This document shows, one piece after another, positions 1-9,541 of a stretch of 64,000 nt of DNA (position 1 is its first letter; each line of letters starts with the position of its first letter). Below the pieces are notes generated by a model that did not search any database, had not been told where the DNA came from, and saw nothing but the letters and a program-made list of their open reading frames with translations. A program made the translations under genes and the position numbers. The stretch comes from Treponemataceae bacterium (GTDB taxonomy: Bacteria > Spirochaetota > Spirochaetia > Treponematales > Rectinemataceae). The DNA is taken from assembly GCA_963678065.2 (NCBI GenBank), contig CAXXVZ010000003.1, positions 1,376,001-1,440,000 on the forward strand, given 5' to 3'.

Positions 1-2
1 TT

Positions 3-854
3 CTTAGCAAGGTGAGATCGCCCAGCCTGCAGACACGGACCCTCGCGCTAAAGGCTCTGAGGGACGCCCCGATGGGCGGGGAAGTCGAAAGGATGCTCAT
101 CGCCGAGCTGAAAGATCATCCCGGCACCACGGGCCATCTGGCAGCAGAAATCATCGGGAATCGCCGGATAGTCGAGGGTATCCCGCAGCTCAGGGTGGCG
201 ATGCGAAGCGACGATACCCTTCTCGCAGGGACGAGCATGGTGTCGCTGGCACATCTCGGAGATGGGAAATCTCTCGCAAAGATGGAGGCGATTCTTGGAG
301 AAACGGAGAATCCCCGGCTGCTCGAACGCGCGATCGCGGCCGCGAGAATTTACGGGCGGGCCTCGTCGGTGCCGATCCTTCTTGGCCGATTGTCCGAGCC
401 TTCTGATTCCTGCATCCGGGACGAGATCGTGCTCGCCCTCTCGTCGATGGCGGGAGTATTCGATTGGTTCTACCCGAAATACTCCGGCTTCACCGAGCAC
501 GGAGAGCTCGGCGTCGCACAGCTGAAGGATTGCGTGGAGGAGAGGATCGGGAATTCTTCGTCCGAACTGAAGTCCAGGCTTCTGGAGATCGCAGAAGCCC
601 CCTTGAAAGATCCGTCGCTCTTCTCCGCCATCGTCAGTCCGCTCCTGGCGGACAGGCTCCTGGCGGATAGGCTCCTTGCGGGCAGACTCCTTGCGGACAC
701 GCAGCTCGCGGCGAGGTCCATCCGGGTCGGCGGCGAGGATATCGCGCCCGCGCTGCTGCAGGCGCTCGGCGACCGCGACCTGCGACTCGCGGAACTCGAC
801 CGATTCCGTTTCCTCTGCGCCGCCCTGATCATCTCGGCGCAGTGCGCGCCTTAG
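3..854 (+). CDS. HEAT/ARM-repeat-containing protein, 5'-truncated (C-terminal part)
   Basis: Frame is open from the window edge. Helical repeats such as LAAEIIG, MVSLAHLGD, AIAAARIYG and IVLALSS are typical of HEAT repeats. Confidence 0.55.
   Translation, partial: LSKVRSPSLQTRTLALKALRDAPMGGEVERMLIAELKDHPGTTGHLAAEIIGNRRIVEGIPQLRVAMRSDDTLLAGTSMVSLAHLGDGKSLAKMEAILGETENPRLLERAIAAARIYGRASSVPILLGRLSEPSDSCIRDEIVLALSSMAGVFDWFYPKYSGFTEHGELGVAQLKDCVEERIGNSSSELKSRLLEIAEAPLKDPSLFSAIVSPLLADRLLADRLLAGRLLADTQLAARSIRVGGEDIAPALLQALGDRDLRLAELDRFRFLCAALIISAQCAP
642..701 (+). repeat. In-frame 15-bp tandem repeat x4 (LLADR-LLADR-LLAGR-LLADT)
   Basis: ctcctggcggacagg/ctcctggcggatagg/ctccttgcgggcaga/ctccttgcggacacg. 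Confidence 0.9.
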
Positions 855-1957
855 TATCGCCCGTACCTGTCAACCAGCTCGGGCAGCATCGCGATCCTCG
901 CGAAGGGGGCATCCGGGGGAACCTGATCCCCCGCTGCCATCAGAAGCCTCGGGGACGAAAGCCGCGTATCGAGCCAGCGTCTGACGCATTCTATGAACTG
1001 AGCGTCGCTTCCCGTCGAACCGAAAATCGTCGCAGGGATTCCGCCCGACAGGATGAGACCCGGACCGGCCTGTGCGCGCATCCGGGCCGGCGAGAGCGAG
1101 AACATGGGCTCGGGCGTCAGGGCGTCGGCGCAATCCACGCCGCACTCGGCCAGCCAGCCGAGCGCGCCCCGGCTCTCCCCGTCGACGTGCACCGCGAGAT
1201 ATTTTCCCGCCGCGTGGAGTCTGTCCGCGACCGCCGTGTAGTAGCCGCGCACGTACTCGTCGAAGAAGGCCTTGGTCTGCACGTTGCTGTCGTAGTTGTC
1301 GCTGATGATAAGGGTCTCGAAGGGGCCGTCGATGATGGCCTCGAGGATGCGGAGATTGCACTCGTTCACCGTGCAGACGAATCGCGCAACCCGTTCGGGC
1401 TCGTCCTGGATCGCGAAGACAGTCGCCTCGACGCCCATATAGCGGGACACGAGGTAGCCCGAACCGGAATAGGGCAGCTGGGCGTAGGGATAGGCGAGGT
1501 CGCCGAGAGCCTCGCACCAGGCCCGCAAGTGTTCCCACCTGGGGCGGCAGCGGAGTCGCTCCATGAGGTATTCGACGATCGGAAAATCATCGGTGGACTC
1601 GAGTAGGTACTTCCGGATTCCGTACGAGTAGCTCGCCGGATTGAAAACCCTCTCCTCGTGCAACGAGCCAAGGGGCGTCCGGATCGAGTAGGTGAAGACG
1701 CCGCCCTCGGTGCGCGACTCGATCCGGACATCCGGGTCGTCGGAGTACAGCGAATAGAAGCTCCCCATCTCGCAATAGCAGACCGCGCCGATCTCCCTGT
1801 GGAGCTCCGCGAGGCCCGGCTCCGGGCGGGAAAAGCCCGAGAGATCGAAGGGTACGTTCCTGTTTTTCTTGTACCAGTGGGAGAGATCCAGCATGAGGGG
1901 AACCTTGTCGGGGACGCGCCCGCCGTATACGGCGCGGACTCTCTCATTCGGCTTCAC
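851..1957 (-). CDS. Uroporphyrinogen decarboxylase (URO-D/MtaA-like) superfamily protein
   Basis: PDKVP N-terminal motif, HVDG, LILSGGIP and GDQVPPDAP C-terminus. GTG start at 1957 follows AAGGAGG; the ORF-track extension to 2305 overlaps the upstream gene. Confidence 0.7.
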   Translation of the reverse strand: MKPNERVRAVYGGRVPDKVPLMLDLSHWYKKNRNVPFDLSGFSRPEPGLAELHREIGAVCYCEMGSFYSLYSDDPDVRIESRTEGGVFTYSIRTPLGSLHEERVFNPASYSYGIRKYLLESTDDFPIVEYLMERLRCRPRWEHLRAWCEALGDLAYPYAQLPYSGSGYLVSRYMGVEATVFAIQDEPERVARFVCTVNECNLRILEAIIDGPFETLIISDNYDSNVQTKAFFDEYVRGYYTAVADRLHAAGKYLAVHVDGESRGALGWLAECGVDCADALTPEPMFSLSPARMRAQAGPGLILSGGIPATIFGSTGSDAQFIECVRRWLDTRLSSPRLLMAAGDQVPPDAPFARIAMLPELVDRYGRY

Positions 1958-2972
1958 GATCACCCTCCTTCCTTGGCGTACCAGTTGTCCCTGGCATCCC
2001 TCCGAGTGTCCCTCCGGGCTTCCCTCCGGGTGTCCCCGGCATCCACTCAGGCCAGGTTTCCGAGAGCCAGGTTCCGAGACGCTCGAAGGCGTCCACTCCC
2101 GCTCCCCCGTAGGGTGAAATGAGATCGAGAGGAAAATCGGGATCGGTGAACCTCGAGTAGAGCTTGTCGTAGGCGCCGTCCATGTGGGCGCCCTCCCCTG
2201 CCACCGTTTCCAGGATCCTGCCGCGGATCGAGTACAGCTCGCGGACCATGCTCTGGAGGGTTTTGACATCTCTCCGGCGCCCTGCCTCGAAGAAAGCGCG
2301 GGCACGGCCGGGATTGAGCGCGCCTATCGACACGAGGAGGCCGCAGTCTTTCCCGAGGAGACTGGCCACCGCGTAATCGAGCTCGGTGACGAAGTGGCAG
2401 AGGAGAGGGGCTTCCCCGAAGAGCGCGAGGAGCGAAGCGGCAGAGTGTCCTCCCGATTTCGTCGCGACGAGATTGGGGTGCTCGGCCGCGATCCGGGCAT
2501 ACTCGCGCCCGGTCACGATCCTTCCTGCGCGGATAGTGTTGTAGTGGAGAAATTTCGCCTCGGGATAGGGATCGAGGACCTCGCGGAAAAAGCGGCCGAG
2601 CTCCCGGTCGGTGAGCGTTCCCCAGGGGGGCAGGGAGATCTGGAAATCCCGGAAACCCAGCTCGAGGCCGAGCTCGATCCGCGCCCGGATCTGGGGCACG
2701 GACATGGCGATCACGCCGAGCTGGCGGATCCCCGTATGGCCGCGCGTCGCGTCGCAGAAAACGGAGGCGACGTCGCGGAACATCTCGTCGGTGAGCGCGT
2801 ACCCCTCGCCGGCGGTGCCGAAAATGTACAGATTCTCCGCGCCCGCGGAGTAAAGGAGAGAGACCGCGCGGCGAAACCGCCCTTCATCGAAACCGCCGCC
2901 CTCCCGGATGGGGAGGCAGACGGTGGCCAGCATGGCGGGCCTTATCCTGGCAACGGGATTCTCTTCATCCAT
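1944..2972 (-). CDS. DHDPS/N-acetylneuraminate lyase family class I aldolase
   Basis: GTAGEG motif, HYN and Schiff-base Lys in NLVATKSG. GGAGG RBS before ATG 2972. Confidence 0.8.
   Translation of the reverse strand: MDEENPVARIRPAMLATVCLPIREGGGFDEGRFRRAVSLLYSAGAENLYIFGTAGEGYALTDEMFRDVASVFCDATRGHTGIRQLGVIAMSVPQIRARIELGLELGFRDFQISLPPWGTLTDRELGRFFREVLDPYPEAKFLHYNTIRAGRIVTGREYARIAAEHPNLVATKSGGHSAASLLALFGEAPLLCHFVTELDYAVASLLGKDCGLLVSIGALNPGRARAFFEAGRRRDVKTLQSMVRELYSIRGRILETVAGEGAHMDGAYDKLYSRFTDPDFPLDLISPYGGAGVDAFERLGTWLSETWPEWMPGTPGGKPGGTLGGMPGTTGTPRKEGDREAE
1989..2044 (-). repeat. Degenerate 12-bp tandem repeat encoding the C-terminal PGTPGGKPGGTLGGMPG tail
   Basis: On +: tccgagtgtccc/tccgggcttccc/tccgggtgtccc with flanking ggcatcc units. 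Confidence 0.75.
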
Positions 2973-3004
2973 CGGCATCCTCCATCTCAAGGCCCTGATA
3001 CGGA

Positions 3005-3454
3005 CTAGACGGCGACCTTCACGACGACCTTGAGAACCTGGGTCGGGCTCCCCGCGGTCATGCAGGGCATGTGCGCGTCAGCGGGGAAGAACACGGCGAA
3101 CATCCCCGCGCGCAGGGTCAGATGGTCGCCGGCCCCGGCGAAGAGCTCGCAATCGCCCTCCGCGGTGTAGGGCTTCGTCGTCCTGAGAGTCCCGATGGGG
3201 GCGTAGCCCACGGTCTCGATCCCCTGCGCCAGAAACTGTACGTCGATGTAGCGGCGATGCGCCTCCCAGACACAGGTATCCCCGGGCTTCGTCTCGTAGC
3301 GCTGAACCAGGGCGAATACTCGCTCGCCGTCGATATCGTGGCGTCCTGACGCCATAGCCGGGAAGTCCGCCGCCGCAAGAAAATCGAAGGCCCGGCGCAA
3401 GCTGTCGCCTGAGGCCGCGTAGACAGCGTCGTTATCGAGCAGATCGACAATCAT
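3005..3454 (-). CDS. YhcH/YjgK/YiaL (NanQ-like) cupin protein
   Basis: WEAHRRYIDVQ, FFPADAHMP and KVVVKV family motifs. Confidence 0.9.
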   Translation of the reverse strand: MIVDLLDNDAVYAASGDSLRRAFDFLAAADFPAMASGRHDIDGERVFALVQRYETKPGDTCVWEAHRRYIDVQFLAQGIETVGYAPIGTLRTTKPYTAEGDCELFAGAGDHLTLRAGMFAVFFPADAHMPCMTAGSPTQVLKVVVKVAV

Positions 3455-3469
3455 CTTTTCCCCTCCCCT

Positions 3470-4795
3470 TCACCGCGTCTTGTACAGAAGATCGACAGCC
3501 GCGTCGACGATTTGTTCGCCGGCCGCGCCGGACAGGAGCGAGGTGCCCGCCTCGTAGCCCCCTTGAGCGTAGGCGCGGGCGGTGCAGGCGTACCCAGGCA
3601 GGCAGCCGTTGGCCAACTCGGCGACGAAGACGGACTCGAAGGGCGCCCGGTACTGTATCGTGATGCCGAGTTCCACGAAGAGCTCTCCCGGAACGCCGAC
3701 GATGCGCGCGTCGCCGATCCCGATCACCTGTATCTCCGCTGGCATTTCGTCGTCCAGGAGGTGGAGGCTCTCCCCCTTCTCCTTCAGGAGAAGGTAGCCC
3801 AGGGTATCTTCGGCGCCCAGAAGGCGGAGCTCTGCGTTCCAGATATCGCGCTCCACCGCGCTCGTGGCCTTGATCGACTCCCACTCCGAGCGCGCGGCGG
3901 CGACATGTCTCTCGGCTTCCCCGCGCGGCGGCAGAGCGCGCAGCTCGAGATCGATCTCGGTGGAGACGCACAGGAGGGAGAGGTCGCCGCGATATTCGAG
4001 GCCTGAGAGGACTCGGTCGGCCTCGGCGCCGATCGCGCGGCCGACTCGAATCGCCTCGTCGTAGGTCTTTCCGCTGCGGAAGTAGCGGGGGCTCTGGTTC
4101 CCCGAGGGCCCTTGGGCGAACATGAAGACCATGTCCGGATTCTTCTCGGCGAAATACGCGCGGATGCAGCCCGGATAATCCGCGGAGACCTGGAAATTGT
4201 CGGAGTGGAGGAAGGTCGGATGGAGGGTGTATTTCACGAGGCAGCCGCGCAGGTTTCCCGACGCGTCCTTCACGCCCAGCGTCCAGACTTCGGGGTCGGC
4301 GATCTCGTTCGGGTTTCTCCTGTTCCCGCCCACGCCCTGCTCTCTCCCGCAGAATCCGGCTCCGACGCCGAGCGCCGCGTCGAATTTTTTCTCCCAGGCC
4401 TCGGCCACGAGGCGGACAAGCTTGCCCCGCAGTTCCGCCATGTACGCGGCGTCGGGCTCTAGTCCCTGTTCGAGCGCCTCGAGATCGAGCCTGCCGGAGG
4501 TCCAGGGCCCCGAGTGGGTGTGGGAGCAGAGGATCATGATGTTGCGCGCCGGGATGCCGGTGAGGAGAGAAGCCTCCTCGCGAAGGGCGCGCACTGCCGT
4601 CTTGGAGTACATGAGGAGATCCATGGAGATTATCGCGAGTTTCGTGGAGCCATCGTCGAGGCAGACACAGCCGGCGTACAGGGGATCGTGGATTCCTGTG
4701 TTGTGGCGCGGATGGTGCGGATAGCCGGCGAGCTCGATGCCCGGCCCCGGAGAAATATCGACAATCGCCACACCCGCCTTCAATCCATTTTTCAT
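3470..4795 (-). CDS. Neutral/alkaline ceramidase-like metal-dependent amidohydrolase
   Basis: LAGY, IHDPLYA, SHTHSGP, HPT, SADYPG, PGELFVE and GGYE motifs. GGAGGAG RBS before ATG 4795. Confidence 0.75.
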   Translation of the reverse strand: MKNGLKAGVAIVDISPGPGIELAGYPHHPRHNTGIHDPLYAGCVCLDDGSTKLAIISMDLLMYSKTAVRALREEASLLTGIPARNIMILCSHTHSGPWTSGRLDLEALEQGLEPDAAYMAELRGKLVRLVAEAWEKKFDAALGVGAGFCGREQGVGGNRRNPNEIADPEVWTLGVKDASGNLRGCLVKYTLHPTFLHSDNFQVSADYPGCIRAYFAEKNPDMVFMFAQGPSGNQSPRYFRSGKTYDEAIRVGRAIGAEADRVLSGLEYRGDLSLLCVSTEIDLELRALPPRGEAERHVAAARSEWESIKATSAVERDIWNAELRLLGAEDTLGYLLLKEKGESLHLLDDEMPAEIQVIGIGDARIVGVPGELFVELGITIQYRAPFESVFVAELANGCLPGYACTARAYAQGGYEAGTSLLSGAAGEQIVDAAVDLLYKTR

Positions 4796-4844
4796 GATCG
4801 CTCCTCCATGCTCAGGTCCGCGCGTATCTCGGGTATCGCGGGTT

Positions 4845-6326
4845 TTAGTCCCGCAGGTTTCTGTCCCGGATCGCGCAATAGTCTTCATATTTTTCGCGGT
4901 AGCGCCGCGAGAAGGCCGCCCGGGGCTCGAAGGTCTTCCCTGTCTCGAGTTTACCCGCCGCCTGTGCGCCGTCGGCGAAGGTTCTGCAGCCGAGTCCGGC
5001 CAGAATCGCCGCTCCGATGGATGCGGCCTCCGAAGTCGCGAGCGCGCTCACCGGTTTTCCGCAGGCATCGGCGATTATCCGGCACCAGAGCTCGCTGCGC
5101 GACCCGCCGCCGAAAATCCGCAGCTCGCCGATGGCGCCCGAAAGCTCCTCCATGACCTCGAGGTTGGAGCGGATCAGGCAGGCCATGCCCTCGTAGAAGC
5201 CTCGCACAAGCTGACCCCTATCCGTCGAGAAGTCGAGGCCGTGGATGAACCCGCGCGCCCGAGCTGCGTAGTGCGGAGAACCCGCCCCGGAGAAGAAGGG
5301 AAAAACAGTCACTGGATTCGGCTCTCCCTCCGATCTCTCCGCCAGAAGGTTGAGATCGTCGTAGCCGAGTTCGGGAAAGAAGGTCTTTTTCATCCAGTCG
5401 AGGACACTGCAGCAGTCGGAAGAGCCCTCTATCACCCAGCGCCCCTCCGAGAGGCCGGAAAAACAGGGTATCCGCATGAGTGGATCGAGGACAGGCCTTG
5501 CGCACTGCCTCGTGATGGCCATCGCCGTCCCGAGGGATACGGTCGTCCGGGCCATATCGATGCCGGCCCCGAGAGCCGCCACCTTCTGGTCCTGGCCGCC
5601 GACGGAAACGACGGTCGACTCGGGCAGTCCGAGTTCGCCCGCGACGCCCGCAAGGAGCTTGCCCACCGGCGTCCCGCTGGAGCGCAGCTTTGGCAATTTG
5701 CCCGGCTCGATCCCGAACGATTCGAGAATCCAGGCCGACCAGGCCCTCTCTCCGATGTCGTAGAACATCGTGCCCGAAGCCATGCTGTGGTCGGTCACGA
5801 ACTCGCCGGTCAGACGCGCGAGAAGGAAATCGAGCGGCATCAGGATTTTCGCCGCGGCGCGGTAGGTTTCCGGCTCGTGTTCCATGAGCCAGAGCAGCTT
5901 GGGCAGCGTGTAGGCCGCGCTGCAGCGCTTCCCCGTCCGGGCGAAGATATCCCGCTCGCCCAATCTGTCGCGGATCGTGTCCATCTGCGCCACTGCGCGC
6001 ATGTCCATCCAGCTGATGGCGGGGCCAAGGGGCTCGCAGAAAGCGTCCACCGGCACGAATGAGATGCCCTGGGAGCTGACGCTGAGTCCCCGCACGCGAT
6101 CGGCGCGGACTCCGGGCTGACGGAGGGCTTCCGCGATAGCTTCGCGGGAAGATTCCCACCAGAGCTTTGCGTCCTGCTCGATCTCGCCGCCCGGCCTCGC
6201 CGCGAGGGGAATGCGGCGGGAGGCGCTGCCCTGTACGCGAAGGTCAGCGTCGACGACGACGCATTTGCACACTGTCGTCCCGAGATCTATCCCGACGAGA
6301 AGATCCCCGTCTCCAGTCGAGCTCAT
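4845..6326 (-). CDS. FGGY-family carbohydrate kinase (xylulokinase-like)
   Basis: GIDLGTT, ISWMDMR, GGQDQ, SLGT and GGGSRSELW motifs. Confidence 0.9.
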   Translation of the reverse strand: MSSTGDGDLLVGIDLGTTVCKCVVVDADLRVQGSASRRIPLAARPGGEIEQDAKLWWESSREAIAEALRQPGVRADRVRGLSVSSQGISFVPVDAFCEPLGPAISWMDMRAVAQMDTIRDRLGERDIFARTGKRCSAAYTLPKLLWLMEHEPETYRAAAKILMPLDFLLARLTGEFVTDHSMASGTMFYDIGERAWSAWILESFGIEPGKLPKLRSSGTPVGKLLAGVAGELGLPESTVVSVGGQDQKVAALGAGIDMARTTVSLGTAMAITRQCARPVLDPLMRIPCFSGLSEGRWVIEGSSDCCSVLDWMKKTFFPELGYDDLNLLAERSEGEPNPVTVFPFFSGAGSPHYAARARGFIHGLDFSTDRGQLVRGFYEGMACLIRSNLEVMEELSGAIGELRIFGGGSRSELWCRIIADACGKPVSALATSEAASIGAAILAGLGCRTFADGAQAAGKLETGKTFEPRAAFSRRYREKYEDYCAIRDRNLRD

Positions 6327-7495
6327 CGGCGCTCCACGACGAGCTCGCCGCCCAGGATGACCGATTTCAGGTTGAAAGACTCGTCGACGAGGATGGCGTC
6401 CGCTCTCTTCCCGACTTCCAGCGTGCCGATCTCATCCAGCATTTTGATGGCCTTGGCGGGATTCCGCGCGCCGATCCTGAACGCGTCGACGAGGCCTATT
6501 CCGGTATGATTCATGAAATTGCGCACAGCCCGGTACATGAGAAGCCGACTTCCGCACAACTCTTCGCCCACCATGTTGATGTCGGGGGAATCGGCGGCTT
6601 CCCCTGTTCCGGACTCCGTACCTTTGGACGTCTCGTCGAATCCCCCCTGCGTCGCGCAATCCGTGATCGCGATGATCCTGTCTATGCCGACAGTCTTCAG
6701 GATCAGCTTGCACATGAGGGGGCGCACGTGGACCCCGCGCTCATCCGGGATCACCTCCGTCATCACCGAGTCGCAGAGCATGATGGCCTCGTCGAATCCG
6801 ACTTCGCGCGTGCCGGCCCACCTGGTCGGGACGATCGAGCAGCCCGTGGCATCCATAATGTGGGTGCACACAGAGACACCCTTCTGCGCGTACTTGAAGA
6901 TGAGTTCCGGACTGGCCTCCGAGTGCGCGAAGGACATGGTTATGCCCTTTCCGAGCACCGTGTCGGCGAAGGCCTCGATATTCTCCACCTCGGGCGAGAA
7001 GGACCACTGCCGTATAAGTCCTTCCGCCAATTCAAGATAGGTATTGTACTCGACGGGATCGGGCGCCCGGGCCGTCCTGGCGGAGGCGCCGTATTTCGGA
7101 TTCAGGTAGGGGCCTTCGAAGTGGATGCCGACGATGTTGCCGGGATTCTTCTCCTCGCAGGCCTTCCGTATGAGGCCGATAGCCTTCACCGTCGTGGGAA
7201 AATCCTGGGCGTGATAGAGCGAACAGCAGAGCGAAGTGGTCCCCCCCGCCAGATGGTGTTTCGCCACGGCCACGGGATCGTCGTAGCACCATATCGCCCC
7301 GCCGCCGTGGCAGTGGATGTCGACGAGGCCGGGGCCCGCGATGAGCCCCGCCCCGTCGATGACCCGCGCGCCCGCCGGTATCCCGATTTCACGGGCGGGG
7401 CCAAGGCCCACGATCCGTCCGCCGTCCATGACGAGCGCGCCATCTTCAAGAATGCCGTCTTCCGTGACTATTCTGACATTAACAAGAGCTTGCAT
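6323..7495 (-). CDS. NagA-like N-acetyl-aminosugar deacetylase (amidohydrolase)
   Basis: DIHCHG, HFEGPY, AHS, TH, ITD and NPAK...GKRAD motifs. The substrate loop is divergent (HIMDAT vs usual HLFNAM). Confidence 0.8.
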   Translation of the reverse strand: MQALVNVRIVTEDGILEDGALVMDGGRIVGLGPAREIGIPAGARVIDGAGLIAGPGLVDIHCHGGGAIWCYDDPVAVAKHHLAGGTTSLCCSLYHAQDFPTTVKAIGLIRKACEEKNPGNIVGIHFEGPYLNPKYGASARTARAPDPVEYNTYLELAEGLIRQWSFSPEVENIEAFADTVLGKGITMSFAHSEASPELIFKYAQKGVSVCTHIMDATGCSIVPTRWAGTREVGFDEAIMLCDSVMTEVIPDERGVHVRPLMCKLILKTVGIDRIIAITDCATQGGFDETSKGTESGTGEAADSPDINMVGEELCGSRLLMYRAVRNFMNHTGIGLVDAFRIGARNPAKAIKMLDEIGTLEVGKRADAILVDESFNLKSVILGGELVVERR

Positions 7496-7568
7496 TGTCG
7501 CCTCTTTGCAGATTCATGGCCGATCGGTCGATCGGGGCCGATTTTAAGGAAGCCTCGGGTCGTACCGC

Positions 7569-8507
7569 TCAATAGCCGACCGTTTCCCAGCACTCGAACT
7601 CTTTCGCGATCATCTCGCTGACGTACACGGAGGTCGGGAAGAGCTGAAGGATGGAAGACGGTACCTTGGGGGTGACCTCTCCGTACAGCACGAGCCGCGA
7701 GGTCATCCTCTGCCAGGAGGAGATGGATCCCATGGTCGCGAGATCGTGGAATTCCATCCTGTTCCTGCTCCGGGCCACATCCGCAGGGCCTATGGTCGCA
7801 GCCTTGGGCGGCACGTTGGCGATATCGCCCGAGCAGCCGAATACGCCGTGCAGGGAGTTCTGCATGATCGTGAGCGGATTGAGGGTGACCACCCGCGCGT
7901 TCATCGCGAGAAATTCCTCGACCGTATCGCAGGCGAACTCGGGCGTGTCCGGATCGATGAACGCGATGTGCCCCGCCCAGCCCGGGCCGCTGTAGCAGAT
8001 GTCGGCCCCGCCCTCGCCGCACTCGGTGATCATGTCGCTGTAGCGCGCGATGTTCTCCGTAGTCGGCGCGCGGCAGTTCTCCCGGGGCATGCGCAGATCG
8101 GGATCTATCTGTCCGTAGAAATATTTCATGAACGAGTGATTGAATCCGGCGCAGTAGCTCTCGGGGGCTATGTTGCCGTCCTGGTCGGCCCACTCGTCCA
8201 TGTTGAAGGTGTGCACATTTCTGCAATTGATTTTGAATCTATTGACGAGCTCCGCCACCGCCGCATACATGACCGGCGCGGGGTTGGGCATGATCATGAC
8301 GAGTTTCTTGTCCTGCTCATCCGACTCCCGCATGCGGAGCACCATGTCTCCGAGCCAGAGCAGGGACGGACTCTCGACGATCTTGATCCTGAAATCCGGG
8401 TTGGCGTGCTTCTCCATATCGGCTCGCGTCAGTTTCCGGCACCTGTCCAGGACTTCCTTGTTCTGATACGGCACCCACGGGGCCGGTTTGAACGTAAATT
8501 CTTTCAT
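7569..8507 (-). CDS. NagB/glucosamine-6-phosphate isomerase-like protein (divergent)
   Basis: FNMDEW, GPGWAGHIAF, VPPKAATIG and VPSSILQ motifs. Confidence 0.75.
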   Translation of the reverse strand: MKEFTFKPAPWVPYQNKEVLDRCRKLTRADMEKHANPDFRIKIVESPSLLWLGDMVLRMRESDEQDKKLVMIMPNPAPVMYAAVAELVNRFKINCRNVHTFNMDEWADQDGNIAPESYCAGFNHSFMKYFYGQIDPDLRMPRENCRAPTTENIARYSDMITECGEGGADICYSGPGWAGHIAFIDPDTPEFACDTVEEFLAMNARVVTLNPLTIMQNSLHGVFGCSGDIANVPPKAATIGPADVARSRNRMEFHDLATMGSISSWQRMTSRLVLYGEVTPKVPSSILQLFPTSVYVSEMIAKEFECWETVGY

Positions 8508-8576
8508 GCGACGTTCCTCCTCTTCTTTTACGGATACGATGCAAATCGACTTGTGTTTGACCGGAGAGTTCCGGGA

Positions 8577-9065
8577 TTATGGTTCGACGCGCCTGTATGG
8601 CTCCGCCAGAAGCTTGACCCCTTGTGCGTACTTCCTGGCCAATTCGCGGTCCTTGTAGATCCGCATCACACATCGCGGCTCGGTCCTGGAGATGATATCG
8701 TAGACGCAGAAATATCCCCTCTTCTCCATGAGGGGCTTGATCCACCCCGCGCAGTGGTCGCAATACAGGGGAAAGGCCCCGGCATCGTTGTCCATGGCCT
8801 TCCTGAGCGAGGGACAGGCGTGCATGAGGAACTCGAAATACTCATCGGTCAGAGTCAGCGTCGCGTCGCAATTCTCCTCGATCCTGATGTGCTCCCAATA
8901 CTCGTACATCCCCGCAAGGCCAGCCTTGTCGATGTAGGGGCCCAGGATCGACTCCTGGAGATCCGATATTTCGAGCCAGTATTCCTGCAGCTGGGAGTGT
9001 CCGCGCTCTTCCAGCATTTTGAAGAGTTCATTGTACATTCTGACGAAGTGATCACTTGGCAGCAT
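8577..9065 (-). CDS. Hypothetical V4R/ATC-hydrolase-like Cys-rich protein
   Basis: CPS...YCDHC...C motif pattern; 162 aa; overlaps the upstream paralog-like gene. Confidence 0.5.
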   Translation of the reverse strand: MLPSDHFVRMYNELFKMLEERGHSQLQEYWLEISDLQESILGPYIDKAGLAGMYEYWEHIRIEENCDATLTLTDEYFEFLMHACPSLRKAMDNDAGAFPLYCDHCAGWIKPLMEKRGYFCVYDIISRTEPRCVMRIYKDRELARKYAQGVKLLAEPYRRVEP

Positions 9066-9510
9066 CGGTCTTTCTCCTCAGAGTGATCAGACACTCGCGT
9101 TCGCCCTTCACTTCCGTCGAGATTTCGAAGGGAGTGCCCTCGGCCCAGGCATTGTTCATGAGGATTGTCTGAAGATGGAATTCCGGAGAGACAGGCCTTC
9201 CCCCTTCCGCCAGATGCCTCGCGGCGGGACAGTCCTTCACGTGCAGGCGGACCGCGCCGGCTTCCTCTTCGATCGTGAAATCTCCCCCTTCCCGCTCGAG
9301 AAAAAACTTCCAATGCCCGAGGAGTTCGGAGGGGTCTCCACCCTTGAGGTGGTCGTATATGTCGACATAGACCTTCTGCGCGGTCCGCCTGAAGAGCTCC
9401 GCGAGGAAATTCCTGTCGTATTTTTTGAGCACGTACCGGATCGTAGTGTCGGTGGCCAAATGGAAGTCTTTGTGGACTTCCCCTGTCGCTGCGTATCTCA
9501 TCGATTTCAT
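9052..9510 (-). CDS. Hypothetical protein, V4R-like, similar layout to its neighbour
   Basis: HW..FLEREGG, VKDCPA and a terminal C. GAGGAG RBS before ATG 9510. Confidence 0.5.
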   Translation of the reverse strand: MKSMRYAATGEVHKDFHLATDTTIRYVLKKYDRNFLAELFRRTAQKVYVDIYDHLKGGDPSELLGHWKFFLEREGGDFTIEEEAGAVRLHVKDCPAARHLAEGGRPVSPEFHLQTILMNNAWAEGTPFEISTEVKGERECLITLRRKTDAAK

Positions 9511-9541
9511 TCTCCTCATCGATTCCCTCGGGAATCCAGGA

